A stretch of DNA of 64,000 nt from positions 95,127 to 159,126 of the forward strand of contig CAVQGX010000018.1 of NCBI GenBank assembly GCA_963712115.1. Direction: 5' to 3'. Shown here piece by piece: positions 56,962-64,000 of the stretch. This DNA is from an uncultured delta proteobacterium (GTDB lineage Bacteria; Desulfobacterota; Syntrophobacteria; BM002). The stretch's first letter is position 1; each line of letters starts with the position of its first letter. Under the pieces are notes generated by a model. That model was not told the DNA's origin. It worked only from the letters and a program-made list of their open reading frames with translations, and searched no databases. Position numbers and translations under genes: made by a program.

Positions 56962-57885
56962 ATGAGCAGATTACTCATCTCAATTTGTCTGTGCCTGACC
57001 ATCTTAATAGGTTGCAGTGAGACGAAGAGAGAGGATAACCCAGCAACCGATACACAGACAGCAGAGGCGAGACCATCCATTACCATTGGGCTTATTCCCG
57101 AACGCAACATTTTTACGCAACTTGACCGTTATGAACCTCTTGCTGACTATCTTTCAAAAAGAATAGGAGCGGATATAAAGTTAAAGGTTCTCACCCGCTA
57201 TGGGAATATCGTTGACAATTTCGTCTCAGCCGGGTTGGATGGCGCCTTCTTTGGCAGTTTCACCTATACCGTGGCCCATGTAAAGTTAGGGGTTGACCCC
57301 ATTGCAAGGCCGGAGACCGTTGACGGTATATCCACATACTACGGTCTGATTATGGTGAGAAAAGACGGGGGCATCAAGACTGCTCAAGATATGAAGGGAA
57401 AAATTTTTGCCTTTGTGGACAGGGCAACCACAGCCGGTTATCTCCTCCCTCTGGCATACTTCAAAGAAAACGGCATAGATGATTACCAGACATTTCTGCG
57501 AGAAACTTATTTTGCCGGTACCCACGAGGCTGCGATTTACGACCTGCTAAACAAGAAGGCCGACATCTGCGCGGCAAAAGATACTGTGTTTACCATGCTT
57601 GCTGCCAGAGATAAAAGGCTCACCAAGGAGTTGCTTCTCCTGGCAAGATCACCCGACGTGCCAGAGAACGGTTTGGCCTTAAGAAAAAATTTTGATAGCA
57701 CTATCAAAAATGAGCTGAAAAAAGCACTGCTCAGTATGGACAAGGACCCGGAAGGTATAAATGTATTGAAAAAGTTTGGCGCAAGAAAATTCATCGAGAC
57801 TACAAATGACGACTACGCCAGCGTGTACAAATATGTAAGACAAATCGGACTTAATCTTTCCACCTATAATTACCGGAATGAATAA
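56962..57885 (+). CDS. PhnD-like oxyanion-binding lipoprotein
   Basis: Lipobox LIGC; IGLIPE, PLADYLS, FAFVDRATTAGYLLP; no ABC permease or ATPase adjacent. Confidence 0.85.
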   Translation: MSRLLISICLCLTILIGCSETKREDNPATDTQTAEARPSITIGLIPERNIFTQLDRYEPLADYLSKRIGADIKLKVLTRYGNIVDNFVSAGLDGAFFGSFTYTVAHVKLGVDPIARPETVDGISTYYGLIMVRKDGGIKTAQDMKGKIFAFVDRATTAGYLLPLAYFKENGIDDYQTFLRETYFAGTHEAAIYDLLNKKADICAAKDTVFTMLAARDKRLTKELLLLARSPDVPENGLALRKNFDSTIKNELKKALLSMDKDPEGINVLKKFGARKFIETTNDDYASVYKYVRQIGLNLSTYNYRNE

Positions 57886-60134
57886 TGAAGAAATTAATAA
57901 TCACAGTTATAATTATTTTTTGTCTGATTAACACCCTGGTCGGTGCCTATGTCATTATCAGCATGGAAGATGCAACCTCAAAGCTGAATTATGTAATATC
58001 ACTTCATCAAATTGAACTTCTTAGAGAACATTTGTTGATCTATTTAAAAAAGGTACAGTCTGACCTGAGCCTTAAGAACACAAGTCATGAAAGAAGTATT
58101 GATACGATTGTTCAAAATGTTAGATATCTAGATAATATGATGGGAAGATGCATGGCCTGTCATCAGTCGCCCCAGATGTTGAAGGGAGATAATGCAGCGT
58201 CCAGACATTATGTGCTCAGCAGACTCTACGGTTTGCGAAATAATGTCGATGAATACAAAGAATCATTGAGCAGGTTTTTGACCATGAGAGCTGGTCGCAA
58301 CAGGACGGCAATAGAATTCGACAAGGCCTTCCACACAGCGGAACAGCTAGTAACAGAAGTCAATACAATGGTGCACGCCACAAGTGCTAAGCTGGCCGAG
58401 AGAACTCAATCGTCTTACAGAGATATCTCTAAGACAAAAAACCTGCTTTACGGGCTAGTGGTGCTGGGTCCCATAGTTGCTGCTGTGGTGGGGTTCATTT
58501 TTATAAGGAAACTTACTGGACCGGTTAACACCCTCCTGCAGGCAACGCGAAAAGTAAGGGGCGGGGATTTGGATTACAAGATAGGAGGATTAAAGGCTGA
58601 GTTTGGGGAAGTGGCGGCTTCCTTTAACGAGATGTCAGATTCGCTAAAAGAGCATATGCTTAGGATAAGAGAAAGCGAGAACCGTTATCGAACTTTGTTC
58701 GAAAGTGCAGGGGACGCCATTTTCATTGTGGAAGCCGAGGGAGATGAACCAGGGAGGATTGTGGACGCCAATCCGGCGGCAGCAGAGATGCACGGATATA
58801 CTCTCGAGGAGTTACTTGAGCTCAACCTGGTAAAAGATCTTGATGCTCCTGATGCCGCAAAAGATGCGCCGGGCCGTATCGAGCGTATTTTGCAGGGAGA
58901 GTGGATCCAGGCAGAAATCAACCATGTCAAGAAAGACGGCACGGTATTTCCGGTTGAAATAAGTGCGGGATTGTTTGAGTACATGGACCATCAATATATC
59001 CTGGCGGTGGACAGAGATATTTCAGACCGGAAAAAGATGGAGAATCTGATTCTCCAGGCCAAGCTAGAATGGGAAGATACCTTTGATACCATCACTGATA
59101 TGATCACAATCCATGATGCCGATTTTAATATTATAAGGGCCAACAAGGCTGCACAGGAAATCCTGGGACTTCCTTCCTTAGAAGTCACCAAGGCAGTAAA
59201 ATGCTATTCCTACTACCATGGAAAAGATTCACCCCCAAGTGACTGTCTGAGTTGTACTTGCCTGGAGACAGGGCAATCCACCTCATTTGAAATGTTCGAA
59301 CCCCATCTAAACAAATACCTTGAAATAAGAGCATTGCCTCGTTATGACGAAAATAATGAGATAGTTGGGTTAATCCATGTGATCAGGGACATTACTGAGC
59401 GCAAGAAGGTAGAGGAGGCATTGCAAAGGGCAGAGCAGATGAAAATGGTGGGCGAATGGGCCACAGGACTGGTTCATGAAATCAAAAACCCACTCGCGGG
59501 CATCAAGGGCTCAGTGGAAGTGCTGGCTAGTGACGCTAACATGGCTGAGGAAGACAGGGGTATTGTAACTCAAGCAGTAGATGAAATTAAACGAATCGAA
59601 TTGTTACTAAAGAGCCTTCTCAATTTCGCCAAACCGCCCAAACCCCAACTAACGTTGGTGGACATTAATGACATCCTCGATAAGTCCATTGCCTTTGCCC
59701 TGAGGCATCCGTCACTGGTGGCAAATAGCTCAACGGCAATAAATGTTTTCAAGGATTTTGATCCAAATATTCCTAAAGCCATGGCTGATCCCATGCAGAT
59801 GCAACAGGTATTTTTAAACCTTCTGCTCAATGCAATTGAAGCCATGCCGGATGGCGGCATGCTGGCTACAAAAACTTCCTATGATGCAAAGCTTAATTCC
59901 ATCCAGATTACCATCTCCGACACTGGAAATGGCATGGACAAAAGCTTGGTTAACAAGGTTTTCCAGCCATTCTTTACCACCAAACGAAAAGGTTCCGGCT
60001 TGGGATTGTCCATCACCAGAAGACTAATCGAACAGCACGGTGGCCATATCGATTTGGAGAGCGACCCAGGAAAGGGAACTGTGTTTAACATCTTTCTCAA
60101 TGCGAACCACAAGAGAAAGGATCAGAGTTCATGA
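57885..60134 (+). CDS. Sensor histidine kinase: periplasmic CxxCH domain, HAMP, two PAS
   Basis: TM1, CMACH, TM2, HAMP, PAS, Cys-rich PAS, HEIKNPL, FFTTK..GSGLGL. Confidence 0.92.
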   Translation: MKKLIITVIIIFCLINTLVGAYVIISMEDATSKLNYVISLHQIELLREHLLIYLKKVQSDLSLKNTSHERSIDTIVQNVRYLDNMMGRCMACHQSPQMLKGDNAASRHYVLSRLYGLRNNVDEYKESLSRFLTMRAGRNRTAIEFDKAFHTAEQLVTEVNTMVHATSAKLAERTQSSYRDISKTKNLLYGLVVLGPIVAAVVGFIFIRKLTGPVNTLLQATRKVRGGDLDYKIGGLKAEFGEVAASFNEMSDSLKEHMLRIRESENRYRTLFESAGDAIFIVEAEGDEPGRIVDANPAAAEMHGYTLEELLELNLVKDLDAPDAAKDAPGRIERILQGEWIQAEINHVKKDGTVFPVEISAGLFEYMDHQYILAVDRDISDRKKMENLILQAKLEWEDTFDTITDMITIHDADFNIIRANKAAQEILGLPSLEVTKAVKCYSYYHGKDSPPSDCLSCTCLETGQSTSFEMFEPHLNKYLEIRALPRYDENNEIVGLIHVIRDITERKKVEEALQRAEQMKMVGEWATGLVHEIKNPLAGIKGSVEVLASDANMAEEDRGIVTQAVDEIKRIELLLKSLLNFAKPPKPQLTLVDINDILDKSIAFALRHPSLVANSSTAINVFKDFDPNIPKAMADPMQMQQVFLNLLLNAIEAMPDGGMLATKTSYDAKLNSIQITISDTGNGMDKSLVNKVFQPFFTTKRKGSGLGLSITRRLIEQHGGHIDLESDPGKGTVFNIFLNANHKRKDQSS

Positions 60135-61531
60135 AAAGAAAGGGAAAGGTGTTTCTTTTGGATGACGATGGACTCATTGTCTCGGTGCTCTCCCGGGCCT
60201 TGAAGAAAGAAGGTTATGAAGTATACGAAGAGACAGAAACAGATGATGCGATCAACAAAATCAAGTCGTGGGACCCAGATCTATTATTGCTGGATATCTC
60301 GATGCCAGGCCGAGACGGCATAGATATACTTAAGGAGATTAGAGGCGAGGAGATACAAACCCAGGTGGTGATGTTAACAGCCGATGATACTGCCGAGACC
60401 GCGGTTAAGGCTATGAAACTCGGCGCTGTGGATTATTTGACCAAGCCCTTTAATACAGACGAAGTAAAGATAGTTCTAAGTAGCATTATAGAAAAGGAAA
60501 ACCTCAAAAAGGAAGTGAAATACCTCAGGAAAGCCTATTCTGAGGTATTCGACAGAGAGCTGGTGGGGGAATCAAGGGCAATAAAAGAACTGAAAAAGAA
60601 AGTTGAAAAGATAGCCCTAGCTGGGGTGTCAACTGTGCTGCTAACAGGAGAAAGTGGCACAGGCAAAGAGGTCGTAGCAAGGCAAATACACAGGTTAATG
60701 TTCGGCACAGATGATTCGTGGCGGGCGCCCTTTGTTTCAATAAACTGTGCTGCCATGCCGGAGACCCTTCTGGAAAGTGAACTCTTTGGCCACGAGAAGG
60801 GCTCATTCACAGATGCAAAGTCTGAGAAAGTGGGGCTTTTCGAGGATGCAAGGGGAGGTTCAATACTTCTGGATGAGATTGGTGACATGAAACCTGACCT
60901 CCAAAGTAAGTTGTTGAGAGTTTTGGAAGAAAGGACAATTAGAAGGGTTGGAGGAAAATCGGAGATACCTATAGATGTCACTGTCTTAGCCACAAGTAAC
61001 AGAAACCTCTCACAGGCAGTGGAAAAGGGTGATTTCAGGAGAGACCTATTTTTCAGACTGAGTACCTTTTACCTCCACATAGTGCCACTAAGAGAGAGAC
61101 AAGAAGACATACCACTCCTCGCCGAACACTTCCTCTCGCACTTTGCCGCCAAGTACAACAAGCCCATGATAAGAGGTTTTTCCCCTGAAGCAGAGAAAGT
61201 CTTGGTTAATTCGAACTGGCCAGGTAACGTAAGAGAGTTAAAGAACTTGGTGGAGAGGATTGTTGTACTCGAAAATGTTGAAGAGATACTTCCCGAACAT
61301 ATTCCATCCTGGATATCCCGGTCGACCATGAGGGCAGAGCAATCTTCAAACGGCAGATTTGTCCTGCCCGACTCAGGTATATCTCTAGATGAACTAGAAA
61401 AAGACCTGATCCTGCAGGCACTGGAAAAGGCGGATCATAACAAGACCCAGGCAGCCAAACTCCTCAATATCAGCTACGACAGTCTGAGATATCAATTGAA
61501 GAAATTCGGGATTTCGGGATACAGTAGTTGA
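60131..61531 (+). CDS. NtrC-family sigma54 response regulator
   Basis: REC, GESGTGKE, GSFTDA, WPGNVREL, HTH; ATGA overlap with the kinase. Confidence 0.93.
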   Translation: MKRKGKVFLLDDDGLIVSVLSRALKKEGYEVYEETETDDAINKIKSWDPDLLLLDISMPGRDGIDILKEIRGEEIQTQVVMLTADDTAETAVKAMKLGAVDYLTKPFNTDEVKIVLSSIIEKENLKKEVKYLRKAYSEVFDRELVGESRAIKELKKKVEKIALAGVSTVLLTGESGTGKEVVARQIHRLMFGTDDSWRAPFVSINCAAMPETLLESELFGHEKGSFTDAKSEKVGLFEDARGGSILLDEIGDMKPDLQSKLLRVLEERTIRRVGGKSEIPIDVTVLATSNRNLSQAVEKGDFRRDLFFRLSTFYLHIVPLRERQEDIPLLAEHFLSHFAAKYNKPMIRGFSPEAEKVLVNSNWPGNVRELKNLVERIVVLENVEEILPEHIPSWISRSTMRAEQSSNGRFVLPDSGISLDELEKDLILQALEKADHNKTQAAKLLNISYDSLRYQLKKFGISGYSS

Positions 61532-61697
61532 CCGCTATGAAAATGAGGATGCGACTAGACAGACACCCCAATTGGCTTTCACCTGGCAGATCTTCCCGCT
61601 TACCGCACTAGGTCATTTCAGACCGCAAACCCTTGCAACAACATGGAGTTTTTTATTTTCCATATATCTGGGCAAGGAAGGATCACATACTAAAGAG

Positions 61698-63143
61698 ATG
61701 TTGAGCGTTGGATTCAGGTACAAACAGGCATTATTAGTTTTTGTGCTTATCTGTGCCGCCATTACCGCATACCTACCGGCAATGAAAGGTGGCTTCATCT
61801 GGGACGATGATGCCCATATCGTCAACAATGCCAATCTAAGAAGCCCGAAGGGATTATGGCACATGTGGAGCAATCCGCAATCCATTCAGGCTCGGCAAGT
61901 GTATCCGTTAACCTTCACCACCTTCTGGATAGAATATCAAATATGGGGAGACCATCCCTTCGGGTACCACACAACCAATGTTGTACTGCACTGTCTCAAC
62001 GCTTTACTCTTGTGGCAGATTTTGCTCAGGTTAAGGATTCCAGGAGCCTGGGTGGCAGCTTGTGTCTTCTTGTTGCATCCGATTCAGGTAGAAAGCGTGG
62101 CTTGGATATCGGAACGCAAGAATGTCCTGTCCGGTCTCTGGTATTTTATTGCGTTCTTTTTCTACCTAGAATTCACGGATAAGGGGAAAAAAGTCTATTA
62201 TGCAGGTTCTCTCTTTTCGTACTTTCTCGCTTTAACGGCCAAAACTCTGACCTGCAGCCTGCCCGTGGCTCTATGGATAACTACTTGGTGGCAAAGGGGT
62301 CGTCTCGCAAGGAGGGATGTGTACCTTGGGTTGCCTTTCTTTCTCATTGGAATTCCTTTGGGCTTGTATACGGCATGGCTTGAAAGATATCATGTTGGTG
62401 CGGTAGGAGCCGCGTGGGATTTGAGTTTTTATGAAAGGTTGCTGATTGCTTCACGGGCCTGGTGGTTCTATATTGGCAAACTATTGTGGCCTACCCAGCT
62501 CACTTTTATCTATCCCCGCTATGAAATGAGTGTCGGGTCGGTTAGACAATGGGGATTCTTCCTAGCCGCTGCTCTTGTCCTTTTTGCCTGTTGGTTGTTG
62601 CGAAATAGAATCGGTCGCGGTCCCTTGGCTGGACTATTTTTTTACACGGCAACTATCTTTCCGGCTTTGGGATTTTTCAATATATATCCAATGCGTTATT
62701 CGTTTGTTGCCGATCATTTTCAATATTTAGCCGGCCTGGGAATAATTGTCCCCATTGTAGGTATAGGTTCTTACTTACTCGCCCGGTCACAGTACAAACT
62801 GTCTGCCATCACTGTTTCTGTAATTATCATTAGTATTTTGGCAGTTTTGACCTGGCGGCAGGGATTTATCTATAAAGATAAACAAGCTCTGTGGGAGGAC
62901 ACTGTTTTAAAAAACCCATCGGCCTGGATGGCTCACAACAACCTGGGAGTACTATATTATAACCAGGGTAAGGTGGAAAGGGCTATTGCCGCCTTCAGGC
63001 GAGCCATCGAGCTAAACCCCGTTGATCCTGATCCCCACAACAACCTGGGAATTGCCTATGGCAAAAAGGGACTATACCAGGATGCATATCGGGAAATCAA
63101 AAAGGCGAGGATGTTGAGAGCCAAGGAGAATCGATCCCATTGA
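61698..63143 (+). CDS. TMTC-like GT-C membrane glycosyltransferase with C-terminal TPRs
   Basis: GFIWDD, YH..NV.LH, HPIQVESVAWISERK, VADHFQY, AHNNLG TPRs. Confidence 0.85.
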   Translation: MLSVGFRYKQALLVFVLICAAITAYLPAMKGGFIWDDDAHIVNNANLRSPKGLWHMWSNPQSIQARQVYPLTFTTFWIEYQIWGDHPFGYHTTNVVLHCLNALLLWQILLRLRIPGAWVAACVFLLHPIQVESVAWISERKNVLSGLWYFIAFFFYLEFTDKGKKVYYAGSLFSYFLALTAKTLTCSLPVALWITTWWQRGRLARRDVYLGLPFFLIGIPLGLYTAWLERYHVGAVGAAWDLSFYERLLIASRAWWFYIGKLLWPTQLTFIYPRYEMSVGSVRQWGFFLAAALVLFACWLLRNRIGRGPLAGLFFYTATIFPALGFFNIYPMRYSFVADHFQYLAGLGIIVPIVGIGSYLLARSQYKLSAITVSVIIISILAVLTWRQGFIYKDKQALWEDTVLKNPSAWMAHNNLGVLYYNQGKVERAIAAFRRAIELNPVDPDPHNNLGIAYGKKGLYQDAYREIKKARMLRAKENRSH

Positions 63144-63172
63144 TATTCAAGATCCAAACTGGGTTTGATCAA

Positions 63173-63407
63173 GGTTCATCCGCGATTTGCTTAGATAGTC
63201 ATCTTTCGGCCTTTGATACTCTGCCAGGGGGAACTCCGAGGCAAAGCCCACCTGAGCAACCGGTGTCTTGCCGTGGCAGCCCGGAATGGCCTTCGTCTGC
63301 GTCGGCGGTAGCCCTTTTAAAGAATCACAAACCGGAGTCCAATAGATGCGAATATGCGGCTTTGTTGAGGAATTCCGAGAACCAGCCCAAGAAATTCTAG
63401 ATCAATT
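63173..63407 (+). mobile_element. MITE family B, copy 3 (degenerate)
   Basis: ggttcatccgcgatttgc..accggtgtcttgc..gtctgcgtcggcggta..agtccaatagatgcgaatatgc shared with copy 1. Confidence 0.72.
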
Positions 63408-63508
63408 CTTTGTCAATGATTTAACCCAAGCTACATGAAGATGTTAAGGACTGAAGTGACTTTTTCCCAGCTACCTCTTTTCTTGTATTTTCAATTCGAT
63501 AATCTCCT

Positions 63509-63999
63509 TTATTTGTTGCAAGGTCGACGCGGCTGAAGGGAATCTACTCCCTTTCGAAAAGCGTTCCGGGCGTCACGGTGATAGCTGGCGCGAATACTGG
63601 CCATGACATCGTCGACGAATTGGTTCATGTGCTGTTCAGGGTTTAAACCAGAAAAATAGAGTTCTCCATAAACTACTCTGGCATCGTTGTCGACAAACAC
63701 GACAGAAGCCCTTTCCCTGCCGACCGGGACTAGCACAGCAGAAATTTCCACTTCTGACTTACTGCTCCCTGTTCATTTTGGAGAATCAGCGCTGTCTTCT
63801 GCAAGAGCCGGGGTTCTCTTGCAAGTGCGGTGTCTCTCTCGTGTTTTAGAAATCTCGCGGGCGCAAAGTTGGGATGTTTCTTAGTATCCAGCTCTTCAAT
63901 CAATTTGCTAAATTCGGGAGTCTTGAATCTCCCGCTCAGAAAAAGACTAGATGCCCGCCCCCTCAGTTCAATGGCCTCCAAATGGTTCGCCCACCTGTT
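63509..63999 (-). CDS. 3' end of a hypothetical gene, probably frameshifted near 63750
   Basis: Two overlapping minus-strand ORFs, the upstream one open to the window edge. Confidence 0.4.
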
Positions 64000-64000
64000 C

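Noticed and set aside
56962-57885. Phosphonate ABC uptake system
   Set aside because: No phnC or phnE; the gene is coupled to a sensor kinase
52-63884. Numerous short antisense or alternate-frame ORFs inside long genes
   Set aside because: Shadow ORFs with no RBS or motif support

Overview
64 kb of ordinary bacterial chromosome, most consistent with an anaerobic Desulfobacterota (deltaproteobacterium). This is inferred from gene content (Hdr-like proteins, many sigma54 systems, multiheme cytochromes, CFI-box sorting signal), not from a marker gene. In order: nucleoside salvage genes (2 tandem MtaD-like deaminases, PfkB kinase); a TIGR03546/03545 pair; a sigma54-driven 63-aa Cys protein facing a candidate sRNA; a frameshifted beta-propeller surface protein; an NrdR-Zn-ribbon/histone-like fusion; an APC permease-ClC-two-component-EIIA-ClC module; an uncharacterised five-gene operon (membrane-HhH protein, metallophosphoesterase, 595-aa helical protein, lipoprotein, patatin), which is the best candidate for an undescribed system; pcm, degP, hsp20; a membrane HdrC-like protein with a heme-c motif plus hdrB; a sigma54 SQR-like operon with an XRE regulator; ubiD and a lipoprotein tpx; a six-gene multiheme cytochrome operon (about 37 heme motifs) that shares a near-identical enhancer and sigma54 promoter with hemA; a binding protein/heme-c kinase/NtrC-family triad; and a TMTC-like glycosyltransferase. 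Intergenic DNA carries several MITE/REP families and heptamer arrays. Two small genes absent from the ORF track were translated by hand. Clustered frameshifts are probably sequencing indels. No rRNA, tRNA, CRISPR array or transposase was seen. All family assignments come from motif recognition by eye, without database searches.
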